NCBI GenBank assembly: GCA_001179505.1
Contig: CDMY01000113.1
Span: forward strand, 1 to 64,000
Length of the DNA: 64,000 bases
Origin: Vitrella brassicaformis CCMP3155
Lineage: Eukaryota; Protista; Chromerida
Direction of reading: 5' to 3'
Positions 24,650-37,200 of the stretch are shown here, piece by piece. Each line of letters begins with the position of its first letter. Position 1 is the first letter of the stretch. A model generated the notes under the pieces. That model was not told where the DNA came from. It did not search any database and saw nothing but the letters and a program-made list of their open reading frames with translations. The translations under genes were made by a program, and so were the position numbers.

Positions 24650-26185
24650 CTCATAGCTCACACGCACATCACACCCATACACACACACACATCCATACAC
24701 ACAGATAGATACACACACAGGTAGACTGACTGACGGACTGTCTGGCTGACATTTTGACTAGTGAGTGAGTGGGTGGGGTGATGGTGGGCTGGGGAATGGA
24801 TGGATGGATGTTGGCGTGAGCGGAGCGTGAGCGTGCGAATGCATGTTTGAAGGGCATCCGCTCGGTCATGGTGTTTGTAGGCTGGCATTTCTACCTCTTT
24901 TTGCTCGATTGACTCCTCGATCCCTTTCTTCGCTCCTCAAGATGGGTGGACGGGTAAAACCGACACGTTTTTGTTTGCACCCCACCGACCGTGACATCGA
25001 TGTATGCCCGTTTTTCCCATTGACTGACCAGTCAGAGTGTGTGTACAGCTGCTGCTACGACAAGGGCGAATGCGCTCTTGGCCGCCCTGCGGCCCCCCTC
25101 ATCAATCATAGCAGAGAGACAGCCCACACACACCGACAGATGACCACTGCCTCGTTCGTGCTCTGATTTAAGTGTCCGCCTTCCCTGTGCGTCTCCCCGA
25201 CTGCATGCCTAGGTAGCTTTTTGAGTACCTGGAACAGGTAGCTGACGATGGATGGATGGATGGATGGATGGAATGGTTGACAACGGACTGGCAGAGAGGG
25301 GCAGCACAATCGCCACATGACAACACACACGAACACAGAGGCTGGCCCTTGTTTCCCTCTTTCGACCAACATCTCTACTTGGCGCTAGCAAGCTTGCCAG
25401 CTCCAGCCATCGATGTGGATAAGAGCGCTTCGGCGGCCACACTGCCTCCAGCCTACCTACCTGTAGCGGTGCATGCCAACATGTAAATATCACTCTTGTC
25501 TTTCTTACTTGACGACGGGCGGAGCGTATGAGGGTCCGTGAGACTCTCATCATGCTCGATGTTGTGCCCGACCTGCGAGAAGTGGCACCCGCCTGCTTCT
25601 CCAGCACCGGCATGTTGTCGAGCTGGATGAACTTCATGAGGCCTCTCAGACGACCCGACACACACACCAACAGACGCACAAGCGGTTTCAACCTGACTGT
25701 AGCTACTGCTGCTGCTGCCATTATCTCTGTCAAACCTGCATGTGCCGACACACAGCTAGCTAGCTAGGCCCGGCCTGGCCCCCTGCGAGGCGGGCTTTTG
25801 TAGTATTAGGATGCCCGAGTGCATCATGACTGACTTGCAGGCAAGGATGCATGTGTGTGTGTGTGTCTATTCATCTCTGCTGCCTTGCCTGCCTCAAATG
25901 CATGCATTCCTGGATGTGTGGTCGGCCTGCAGTATGTGGACGGCAGTGGACTGACTGACTGACTGGGTGATCACGCTCCGCGGGCATCAACTGCCACCAA
26001 TTTTGTTGTCCATTGGTAATGAGTTCGATCATCGCCCCCAGCCTCCGCGATCCGCGCGCCTCTGAACAACACGAAGGCACGTGAGGCTGAGACGAGGTCC
26101 TCTTCTTCCCCCGAGCACAACATCGCTTTTCGGCGGTGAAAGACTCTCCCCCACTCCACTCAGCACCGTGTCAGTTGAAGGAACA

Positions 26186-26763
26186 ATGGCGGACTCTACC
26201 AAGAAATCGGCGCCTCAGAAGTCGCTCACACGGGTACAAACAACGTCAAGAAACACCAACAGGACGACTGAGAATGGCTCTGAATTGTCAGGTGGATGAG
26301 GTGAGCGACGAGGGGGACGACCATCCTGAACACGAAAGCACCGTCTCGCCAGCCGGTGAGCCCATCACACACTCCAAGAGTGCCGCGCTGACCGTGCAGA
26401 GCAGCAGGGGCCACCTGTCGGCCTCCCACAGCGACATCGACATCATCGGCGTGTCCTCCAGTGGGGCCCAGCGGATGACCACCAAGGAGGAGATTGACGA
26501 GATGCTCGCCAAGACAAGACAACGCATCACCTCATTCAAGGCCAAAAGGGAGGAGAGAGCCGCGCGACTGTCGTCCCTCAAGCAGGTGACCACAAGAACA
26601 ATCATTGGGGGGTATCTGTGTATTGTCTGTCTCCTTTCTTGTATGTCTGTGTGTCTTCCCTCAGGACTTCATGCAGTTGAAGAGACAGATGGTGCAGCTG
26701 TCCCGGGATCAGCAGCACGCAGTGTACTGCGCGACCAGACAGCTGGGCATGTATGACTCCTAG
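26186..26763 (+). CDS. Small hypothetical protein with a C-terminal coiled coil
   Basis: MADSTKKSAPQK...; TTKEEIDEMLAKTRQRITSFKAKREERAARLSSLKQ | DFMQLKRQMVQL...*; plausible GT-AG introns. Confidence 0.45.
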
Positions 26764-26956
26764 CCACACGGCTATACCCTTGTTCATTGCTTTGGGGGCT
26801 GGCTGTTTGGTGGGATGGGATCTTTTTCTCTTCCATTCTGGCTGACGGACTCATCCATCGCATGAATATGTGTCCGATAAAACGTGACGATGTGTGTGTC
26901 CCCTGCGTGTATGCATCATATCGACAGCAAAGACACATCCCCCACCCCTCAGTCAG

Positions 26957-29209
26957 TCAATCGATGCCCCCCACAAGCAACACATTCTCCAGGGTTGTGC
27001 CGGGGGACGCAAAACGCACCAGTGTGGCATCGCTGTAGCCGTGTGCACGCAACCATGACACCCTACATGCACACACAAAGCATGGGGGTGCACCGACCGA
27101 TCGATGTGCGTTGGGCCTGCTGCACCGACCTGGCAATGTCCAGCAGCCGCTTGATCTTCATGCCCGTCTCTCGTCTCCACCCCTTTGCACCTGTCCCCCA
27201 CCTGGCCGCATACACAATGTCACACCCACATAGTATGTGCATAGACCCCATACTCATCGGTCGCTCACCCAGCACATGCCGCCAACACGGGGAAGTCTTC
27301 TTTGGTCAGGCCAAGGTCCGTCAGGAACTCTTTCCCGGTGAAGAGAGACCATTCGCAGCGGTGGTGGCAGCACGGAGCAGCAATGATCCGCATCGACGGC
27401 ACATGCTCCCTGCTTGGCGCGTCACGCAATCCCTCATGAGCATTGTGCATCGATCTTCAGGAGGACAAGCACGAGAGAGACAGAGAGTGTCGATCAGCAT
27501 GGGTGCAAAAGACAGAGTGTGGCACGTCACCTGAGTGCGATGTCTGTCCCGCAGCCGCATAGATGTTTGGCCAGCCCCACACACTGGTTAGCACGCCAGC
27601 CGTCAAACACCTCACCAAGCTTCTCCCACGCCCTGCAACCACACAGAGAGGGTCTTGGGCATTCCTTCTCCTCTCCCTCCCTCCCTCCCTCCCTCTTTCA
27701 TCTGCTTACCTGTCTGCCGTTTGTCCATGGCCCTTGGGGGCCAGTTTGAGTATCTGTTGGTACAGCTGGTGCTGCTGCTCCTCTCCGCTGGCCGAGGGGT
27801 CGACCAGGCGCCTTTCTCGGAGGATGCGGGTAAGCCATGCAGGCGGGGTGCGGCACAATCGCCTGGAAAGACAAGGCAGCTCACTGAGCCCCCGTGAGTA
27901 AGGCACTCGTGCTGTCCCTGCCCACCTGTTCAACGATGCTGTGTCGCCGAGGCATGCCAGCCTGAGAAGACCTGCCCGTTTGCCAGGGGAGGCGTTGTCA
28001 AATGGGCGATGCTCTGCCGCTCCTGACTTACTTTTGAGGTCGAAGTGCAGCAGGTCTGATCGAAGCCGAATGGTCCGCCGCTGGGCCCAATCAGCGCCTG
28101 ACATCCTGAACAAACGACACGAAACATGACCCACAAAGACACCTTGCAGCCTGCCACTCTTCTGTGAGTTTACGTTTCGTCTCGCCCGTCCCGTTTGAAT
28201 CGCCTCTTCTCGCGCTCGACAAGCACAAACGCAGGACCGCCCGTGTCAGATTGCACGTGTGGTGCAGAGGCCATGAGGAACCACCGACAGAGACCACCCT
28301 TCCCTGCAGAAACACGCGCAGCAGCATTTGATGTTTGTACGTCAAATGTGTGTGTGTGTGTGCTAGTTCAATACCAGCTCCGAGCTCCACGAAAACAGCC
28401 CTGCTCCACCTGTCGGTTGGTCTGAACCAGCCCTTGGCAGCCGCAATAGTGAGGATGTTGGCCGCCTGCAGCTCGTGCTTGTCCATGTGATCGAACCAGC
28501 CATGGTGTCGCGACTGGGTCGGTGCATCAGCACATGAAGTCCCGTCGTCTCCCCCACTCGCCCGGTCCTCAGAGCCAGCTGCAGACGCCGCCCTCGCCTC
28601 ACATCTCTTGGCAACCGACTGTTGGCAGGACAATTGGAAAGCACCTATCAGATGAATGACCTCATCATCGCTCAGCGTATCAAGCCACCCTTGCAGCACT
28701 GATGAGGATGCTGCGCCATCGTGTGGCTGCCGCGTCAATGAAAGGCGGCTCAGCACCCGCTGAGCCGGACCAGGATCATGCGGCAAGAGTAACTCTTCCG
28801 GCGGAATGCCAATGAAGCCACATGCCCTCTCATAAGCCACATCAATCCTCTCCCCGAACGCCCTCTCCTCCTTTTCGCTCCCAAACAAAGCCCGGGATTC
28901 ATCAGCGTGATTCACTTGCCGTTGGCCAGGCAGTTTGTCGTCGTCAGAAAGGGCGGCTTCATCGTCAGATCCGCCATTGCAGTTGTCCTTCATGCAGGGA
29001 AGGCAAAGCTCGTACGCCAGGTCGCGTGTGTGGGTGCAGATAAGCAGATGGCTGTCGGCCTTTGAAGCAAAGATGGAGTGGCGGGGATCCAGAGGGCACG
29101 GGATGCGGTCTTCGGGGCGATGCACAGAGCAAAAGTCGCTTCCCTCGACAGCCGGGAACGTGCACTTTCTCTGCCGAGCGACCAGGAAGAACTCACACTG
29201 CCGAGCCAT
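26957..29209 (-). CDS. TRM13: tRNA:m(4)X (2'-O) methyltransferase TRM13; multi-exon
   Basis: N-terminal CCCH finger (CEFFLVARQRKC...FCSVH) and CHHC finger (IPCPLDPRHSI...HLLIC), VFVELGAG, IAAPCCHHRCEW...GKEF, GMKIKRLLDIAR and terminal TLENVLL. Confidence 0.9.
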
Positions 29210-30134
29210 CCGGATTCATGAACGAATTCAAAGATCAGGCACCTGACCGTCCTCCTCGCAGCCAATGCAGCGCGGGGGACGCCAGTCGGAGACCATTTCT
29301 AAGCTCGCAGAAGGCGAAAAAGCTCGCGCAGAAAAAAATCTCGGCGCGCGAGACGGGACGAGAAAAAGAACCATCTACACAATTTCCAGGCATTTCGGGC
29401 ATTCTACGGCTCTTCTGCCTTCCTCCCGCCACATCTCCTCCGTATCCTTGTCTTTTTGCCTGGTCTTTGTCGTATGCAGCCTGCCTCATCCCATCCCAAC
29501 GCCGGCCCTCTTGCGCGACGTCGGCCGCCACTTTTTTCGTCCACCTGCCTTCCCAGCAAGGAGACCTCAGCGCCGCGGATTCTGCCGAGCGCCTGACGGA
29601 ACCCGTACCCTGTCGGCACTTTCCGCCGGGTTTCTTTTCTGAGCTCGCAGCCCCGCTCTAGCAAAGCGACTAGCCATTCAAGAAAGTGAGCGGCCAATCT
29701 TGGCCTTAGGACCGCCTCTCTCCCCGCACCGACTCTCGCCCCCCCGCGCCGCCTGTGCGCCGAGATCCACGCTCGCCAGGCCTCCCGGCCTCCCGGGACG
29801 GGCCCTTCCGACCGCCCAGCCCCGGCGCCGGCCCTCCCCTGAGCCTCAGGGCACCCGCCCGAGCCACCCTGGACACCCAGCCCTCCTCGCCCTGCCCTCC
29901 CAGTGCACCGCGACCCCGCTCTCTCGCTCCAGACTCATCCCACGTCGATGATCGCAGCGCCCTGACCAGTAGCAGCAGGTACAGATCACCTCACGACACT
30001 GCCTGCGGGCCTGCGGGCACTCCTCGTTCATTCGCTCCTTCTGCCGCTGGGGTGTGTGGTGTGTGGTGTCATGTCATGCAGGTTCTTTTTGAGTGAGTGA
30101 GTCGTCTTCTTCGGCGACTGTTTGTTCACACCAT

Positions 30135-31079
30135 ATGGCCACTCGTCGGGACACCACGAGGCCGAGCCCTGCCGCACCCGGCCAGCTGTGGCGGACCACG
30201 GCGGATGGGCTGTCGCGGGACGACTTCCGGCGGATCAGCATCCCGCGGGAAGCCAACGCGTCCAAGTCGAAACTGGAGTTGTTCTACGAGCTCTACTTCT
30301 ACGGCCACAACCTCTTCGACTTCGCAAACGGCCAGATGCCCAGAGCGGGCAAACCCGGGTATGCTGACTACCAGGCCATCCAAGCGTGCTCGCGAGCGAA
30401 GGACGTCAGGAGGCGTGTTCGGGGCGCACACAACCAGACGTGCCGCTGCCACTACTGCGACGGCACAGTCGACCCTCAGTATCTCACCACGCTGCAAGTC
30501 AGGCGTCTGGTCGCCGACAGCCTCCGAGCACCCCCTCCCCCCACCCACAACCCGCCCCCCCCTGTCGCAAGTGGCGCTCCCCCGCCCCCTGCTGTCGCAA
30601 GCGGCGCTCCCCCTGTTCACCCCCCGGCTGCCCACCCTCCATCCGCGGGCGCTTCGCGCGCAGTTTTTCCTTCGACCTGGCAACCTCGCCCGCACAACAA
30701 TCGATCAGTCTCTGCGTCTGTCCGTGCAGTGTGGATCAGGGCTCCTTTGGCACTCCGGACCAGCGTTCTGATGACTATTGCTGCGGAATTTATCCCTCCT
30801 GCAAGGTGCAATATATATTCGGCTGCGCATGGATGGGATTTATGGCCTGGATGGATGACCGTGTTGGTTCAGTGTGGCATTTTCCCTCAAAGAATGCCCA
30901 CGAGGGGTGGAAGGGTCGGGGGTTCAGTCATGTGTCTGGATGGATTCGCTCTCGCTTGTCTATCGCCCTCGCGCGTGCGACTAGCTTCTGTCTGCGTGGG
31001 GGAGGGAGGGGAGGGTTTGCGGGACTGGGGTGTGCTGATGGGGCGGGGATTGATCCCTCCTCCCCTTGAGCCTGTTTGA
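30135..31079 (+). CDS. Hypothetical protein with a helical N-terminal region, an HNQTCRCHYCDG cluster and a Pro-rich tail; 3' limit uncertain
   Basis: The first ~130 codons are GC3-rich and protein-like (KLELFYELYFYGHNLFDF...); downstream sequence is low complexity and partly intronic. Confidence 0.4.
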   Translation: MATRRDTTRPSPAAPGQLWRTTADGLSRDDFRRISIPREANASKSKLELFYELYFYGHNLFDFANGQMPRAGKPGYADYQAIQACSRAKDVRRRVRGAHNQTCRCHYCDGTVDPQYLTTLQVRRLVADSLRAPPPPTHNPPPPVASGAPPPPAVASGAPPVHPPAAHPPSAGASRAVFPSTWQPRPHNNRSVSASVRAVWIRAPLALRTSVLMTIAAEFIPPARCNIYSAAHGWDLWPGWMTVLVQCGIFPQRMPTRGGRVGGSVMCLDGFALACLSPSRVRLASVCVGEGGEGLRDWGVLMGRGLIPPPLEPV

Positions 31080-31364
31080 GTCTGCGTGCTGATGGGACTG
31101 TATTTGTATGAGTATCACGGACACACAGACGAGTGTTACGGTTAATGACAGTTTCCCCCGTGAAAAAGAATGCCCACTGACTTTCTGCCTCACCTTCTGC
31201 CCGCCACCCCTATCAAACGGTTGGTACAGCTGATCGGTACGACACGTATGCGCGCCTCCAAAGAGTGAGCTGTTCTTCTCCATGTCTTTCAGCATGGCTG
31301 ATACTAAGCTTTGAGACCACTATTTGTGCTTAAATGATAAGTGGACGCGTGTATGAATCCACAT

Positions 31365-32115
31365 TGACGAATGCGAACAGTGTGCACCAGAGACCTCCGA
31401 AGAGGCAAGGAATGTAGACTCATACAGCAATGCTCAGGAGCTTTTCCTCCTGACCTGAGAGACTGCTGTGTGGTGTGGAGACGGCCGTGTGGCGCTGCTC
31501 TTTTGCTCCTTACCCTTTCGCGGCCACCCTCCCCTTTCGCGAAGGCCTCGACAGGTATCTACCCTGGCGGCTGGGGGGCTCCCAGACCAGGAAAAACTGC
31601 AGTTTTTCCTTCGACCTGGCAACCCCGCCCGCACAACAATCGATCATTCATCCATCCATCCATCCATGCGGCCAGCTGCTTGTCACTCCATGGCCCGCCC
31701 GTGCACCCACACATACCTCTACTATAGGTCTATGAGCACAGGAAGGCAATCAACCATGCCCTGCAAGTCACATTCACGGTCAAAAACGGCAAAATGGTGA
31801 CATTTTTGTTTGGTGGCGTGGTGTGGTCTGTGCGGCTCGTCTGACCTTGTGTGTCTGGGTGAGTGGCCTTCGTGCGTACCTTGACAACCACCAGCTCCAT
31901 GTCGGGGCTGACGAATGCGAACAGTGTGCACCAGAGACCTCCGAAGAGGCAAGGAATGTAGACTCATACAGCAATGCTCAGGAGCTTTTCCTCCTGACCT
32001 GAGAGACTGCTGTGTGGTGTGGAGACGGCCGTGTGGCGCTGCTCTTGTGCTCCTTACCCTTTCGCGGCCACCCTCCCCTTTCGCGAAGGCCTCGACAGGT
32101 ATCTACCCTGGCGGC
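31365..32115 (+). repeat. ~207-bp direct repeat pair (31365-31571 and 31909-32115); the spacer contains a copy of 30661-30707
   Basis: TGACGAATGCGAACAGTGTGCACCAGAGACC...GTATCTACCCTGGCGGC is present twice, nearly identical. Confidence 0.9.
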
Positions 32116-33099
32116 CTGCCTGGTGTCGGCGGAGCGCGATGGCACCTTCCTTCTTCCTTTCGAAAATACCTGAGGCTCCAGCAGGTCAGTACAAATGTGT
32201 GGTGGTGCGGTGTGATAATGCGTGTGTCTGCTGCATGCGCCGGTGTTGTAGGATGGCCTTCCTGTGCCCAGTGGCAAAGACGAGGATGAGGATATGCTGT
32301 CCAGCGATGATGAGGAAGAATTTGAAGGGAAAGATGAGTTCAGGCAGATAGTGCTGGAGTCAAGAGCAAAGACATGTGTAGCAAGGCTGATTGAGGGGTT
32401 TCAGGCAGGCACAGTCCCTCTTCCCTCGGGCTGGGAACTAGGGCCGCTGAGCGAGACTGAAGGCGGCAGCGACGAAGAAGCTGATAGCCATTTCGGTGGG
32501 AGTGTGTGGCCTCGTGCCTTGTGTCTCTTGACTGTAGTGATTGTGCGATGGATGGATGGCATGTCACGATGAATGTGTGACCCATTTCGTTGTCGTACAC
32601 GTGCTCATGTGCCTCCCTTTGTCTGCAGGTGGAATGGCGTGATTATTCTTTTGAAGGCCGTCTCTCTTTCTCGACGACTTCCTCAAGGTCAGTGACTCGA
32701 GTGTGAGTGTCGACATTCAGATTCCTGCTCTGCCATTCCTTGTTTTCTCCTCTGAGAAGCAGAATGACTCCAGCAAATAAAGGTTTTCCCAAAGAAGAAG
32801 AAGAAAAAGAAAAAAGAGAACAAACTGTTGTTTTCTGCTGTGTCTCTTGGCTAATGACCTTTCAGCCGAAGGGAACGCTACGCATGTGCTTGAATGCATT
32901 TCATGAATTGATTTGTCTCTGTCGCTGTGCAGCGAAGGCGTTGAGCGTTGACGACAGGATTTCCTGACCGGCACGACCGTGGTGAGCGTAGAAAGACACA
33001 AGAGATATGACATACCTTTCGGCTGTGCATATGCGGGACATGTGTGGCTTTGACAGCGCTGGGCATGCCGTCAGTGGAGGCCTTCTCGACATACAGCAC

Positions 33100-33305
33100 G
33101 AAGGTTGCGACCCTGGGTGGTGAAATACAACTACCGCCGCCTGTCCCTGGTAAGCAATGGGCACAATGCATTCTCCCGCAATGTGCTGAAAACAGATTTT
33201 GATAAGGGCGGCAGCACCGAGGAGCAGGAGGAGTTGAATGATACCTACGCCACCATCACACAAGAAATGGAGGACCTCCTTAAGGACTTCGAAACCGAAG
33301 AGCTG
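33100..33305 (+). pseudogene. J-domain (DnaJ)-like relic 1
   Basis: VKYNYRRLSL | intron | FDKGGSTEEQEELNDTYATI resembles J-domain helices II-IV; HPD is absent. Confidence 0.5.
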
Positions 33306-33729
33306 GTAGGTGTGGGTGGGTCTGGGAGGAGATCTGCAGAACGTCTGCCACCGATGCACATGAATGAAACATGAGTGAACAGCTGCGCCTTCTGCGAGCT
33401 GCGCCTTTACGACAGGAGCCAGGGGAGCTGAGCATTTCATGCTTCTGGTGTGTCTATACGCAAGGCCCTGCTGCGAGAGAAAAAGCCCATCTGCATTAGA
33501 CGCCATGCCCGCAGGGCAGCACCAAGGTGACATACAGCACAGCGTCGACAGGCGGTGAGAGAGACACATGGGAAATGGGTCTGTGTGTCCATGGCACAGC
33601 GCAACACAATGTTGTGGGTCTGTTGCAGGATGTGGATTCGGATGTGCACGCGTCGCCATCATCTGGTCGACCACGTTGGACCCCTCAGAACAAGGCCGAG
33701 CTGCCCTTCCCGCCGTTCGTCACCAAACT

Positions 33730-34016
33730 AAAGGCCACTATGCCGTCCTCGGCCTGCCCGTCGACGCCCCGTTCGAAGAGGTCAAGAGACAGCACCGCCG
33801 CCGCTCCCTCGTAAGCAATCGACACAATGCGGACGAAGCGTAGTGCATTGTGGCGTCAAATGCACTGAATGAAATGCCTGCCGTGCGTCCATTTCTCTGG
33901 GTGGATGGCATTGCATGTGCAGAAGGTCCATCGAGGAGCAGCAGGCCATCAACGCCGCGTACGCCGCCATAGCGCAGGAGAAGGAGGACCTCCAGGGCTT
34001 CGTGCCCGAGGACCTG
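33730..34016 (+). pseudogene. J-domain (DnaJ)-like relic 2
   Basis: HYAVLGLPVDAPFEEVKRQHRRRSL | intron | SIEEQQAINAAYAAI. Helices I-II and IV are recognisable; the HPD loop is missing. Confidence 0.6.
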
Positions 34017-34219
34017 GTAGGCGTGGGTGCCACTGGGTGGGAGGGAGAGAAGGCACGCACCAGGGATTTACTCGCTATGTGTGATATGTCCGATGCAGCC
34101 GCCCTGCTATTACCCGTGGGAGGGGTCGCCCAATGGAGGTGCGGCAGCCACGAAGGGCGGCTGACGCACGAAAATCCAGTGACCCAGGCTCGCAGAGAGA
34201 GATAGAGAGACAGAGGAAG

Positions 34220-37200
34220 ATGGCCACACGCACGCCAGCCGCCGCTGCCATGAGGCAGACCCTCATGTCTAGGGGGATTGACGTCCCCGATGTCTATACC
34301 GACTCCAGGGGGGTGCCGTTTTGCAGAAGGCCGCCAAGGCCGCCAAGGATGCCACTGCCAGCACCACCCGCCAGCAGCAGCAGCACACGCAGCAGCAGGC
34401 CACACCAGACGCCACTGCCGTTAGGCAAAAACTCTTGAGTAGGGGTTCTGACGTGCCCGATGTGTATGCCGATGACCGCCGCGCCTTCACCAAGAAGGTC
34501 CTTCGGATCAAAAAGGACCACCCTGAGGTGAGGAGGGCAGGGAGGCGCATGCAGCATTGCGCAATGGCTCAGGGGCATCGACGACATTCATTTGTTTGTT
34601 TCCTCACTGCAGGACTTCGCTCAGTGGATGGAGTCCATGCGCGGCACTCAGGAGGGGCGGAAATTTTGCGTGAGGCAAGACGAGTACATTGAGCACCTGC
34701 AGAAGGTACCAACATCATGCGCACATCTAGCTAGACACGTGATACTCTGCGCTATGCTGTGCGGTACCGTTTTGCAGAAGAAAGCTGCCAAGGCCGCTGC
34801 CAAGAAGCTCAGCCCCACCCACCAACAGCACACCAGCCAGCAGCAGACCACCCACCACCAGCAGCCCACACAGACCCCCGCCCCAGCAGCGGCCACCAGC
34901 GACCCCACCATCATGGCCATGCCCACGCCCTACGTCCCGCCATACATGCCGCTGCCATACATGCCGACGCAGGAGGGGCGGGACATGAAGATGATGATGC
35001 TCAAATACGACGCCGTCCAGGTACGTACATCGCACACACATCCATCTGCACACAAGACACAACTGACTGATGCTCTCTGCTATGCTGTGCTGTGCTCTTT
35101 GGTCAATCCGCCATTCCGCAGAAGGAAGCTGCCAAGGCCTCCACCGACCACCACAACCACCACCAGCCTACCGGCAGCACCTGGGGAGTGGGCTGGGCGC
35201 CGATGGCTTCTACGCCAGCGCCTCACCCAGTGGGACCTGGCCCACTGGGAGCGAAGGGCCGTGTGTTGAGGGTTATGACCCTTGGACGGTCATCCGTGAG
35301 TCGCCGTGGGCGCAGTCGACTTTCGGGTCGTTTGTGCTGGACCCTGATGAGAGGGTGTACCCCGCTGTGGCGACGGCCGTGCTTCGGGCGGTCATCATTG
35401 GCAGCGATGTGGGCAGGCAGCTCCAGTCGGTGACCATCAGCCACTTCGTCCAGGTGAGAGAGGCGAAACGCTCAGGCAACGAGGGAGGAGTGTTCTCATT
35501 GCCTTTGTCCTTTCATGTGGCCACAGGTGACGACCTACTTCAATACCTCGCGAACCCCTTCGCTCCAGCAGCTGGAAATCAGTCGCTGCTCCATGCCCTA
35601 CGTTTGCCAGTCGTCATCCGTCACCCCGTCCCCTACCCCCTTCGGCCTCAAGACGTTCATCTGGCGGAAGAACCTGGTCTCCGGCGAGAGCCTGTCACTC
35701 CCCNNNNNNNNNNNNNNNNNNNNNNNNNNNNNNNNNNNNNNNNNNNNNNNNNNNNNNNNNNNNNNNNNNNNNNNNNNNNNNNNNNNNNNNNNNNNNNNNN
35801 NNNNNNNNNNNNNNNNNNNNNNNNNNNNNNNNNNNNNNNNNNNNNNNNNNNNNNNNNNNNNNNNNNNNNNNNNNNNNNNNNNNNNNNNNNNNNNNNNNNN
35901 NNNNNNNNNNNNNNNNNNNNNNNNNNNNNNNNNNNNNNNNNNNNNNNNNNNNNNNNNNNNNNNNNNNNNNNNNNNNNNNNNNNNNNNNNNNNNNNNNNNN
36001 NNNAAAGCTGCCAAGGCCGCTGCCAAGAAGCTCAGCCCCACCCACCAACAGCACACCAGCCAGCAGCAGACCACCCACCACCAGCAGCCCACACAGACCC
36101 CCGCCCCAGCAGCGGCCACCAGCGACCCCACCATCATGGCCATGCCCACGCCCTACGTCCCGCCATACATGCCGCTGCCATACATGCCGACGCAGGAGGG
36201 GCGGGACATGAAGATGATGATGCTCAAATACGACGCCGTCCAGGTACGTACATCGCACACACATCCATCTGCACACAAGACACAACTGACTGATGCTCTC
36301 TGCTATGCTGTGCTGTGCTCTTTGGTCAATCCGCCGTGCTGCAGAAGGAGGCTGCCAAGGCCTCCACCGACCACCACAACCACCACCAGCCTACCGGCAG
36401 CACCTGGGGAGTGGGCTGGGCGCCGATGGCTTCTACGCCAGCGCCTCACCCAGTGGGACCTGGGCCACTGGGAGCGAAGGGGCGTGTGTGTGGGTGGTAG
36501 AGCTCCAGGAGGCAGCAGCCACGAATCCCACCGCCGTGCCCGACGTGATTAGTGACGACCCCAAGGAGTTCACGGACAAGTACGACAGCCTGAAGCGCAA
36601 CCACCCGGAGGTGAGGAGGGCAGAGAGGCGCATGCACCATTGCGCAATGGCTCAGGGGCATCGACGACGTTCATTTGTTTTGTTCTCTCACTGCAGGCGC
36701 ACCGTGAGTGGATGGACTCGGTGAGGTGCACCAAAGAGGCGACGGAAATAGCCGTCATGGCCCTCAAATACGTAGAGGAGCTGCAGAAGGTATGTCAGAC
36801 GCACATCCATCCACACGTGGAATACGTGACACTCTGTGTGCTGTATTCCAGAAGTGGGAGGCCGCCAAGGATGCGGAGGCCGCCACGGCCGCGAAAGGTC
36901 CCACCGCCAGCACCACCCGCCAGCAGCAGACCACCCAGCAGCAGCAGACCACACAGGAGCACACCCCTGCCCCAGCAGCGGCCACAAGTGGCCTCACCAC
37001 CACCATGCCGCAGACCTACGTGCCGCCCTACATGCCGCCGCCCTACATGCCGCCGCCGTACATGCCGCCCTTCGCCCTGCCACCCAGGCCCGCCAACACG
37101 GTCACCCTTGCGCAATGGCACCAGGGGCATCGACGACATTCATTCGTTTTGTTCTCTCACTGCAGGAGTACGCCCAGTGGATGGGCTCGCTGCGCGGCAC

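Noticed and set aside
25160-25751. Possible small minus-strand gene downstream of pyruvate kinase
   Set aside because: Only weak exon-like segments; no recognisable domain or consistent model.
25765-25815. GC hairpin next to CTAG repeats as a Helitron 3' end or terminator
   Set aside because: The stem is imperfect, the CTAG belongs to a (CTAG)n run not followed by T, there is no second copy, and intrinsic terminators are not expected in this eukaryotic context.
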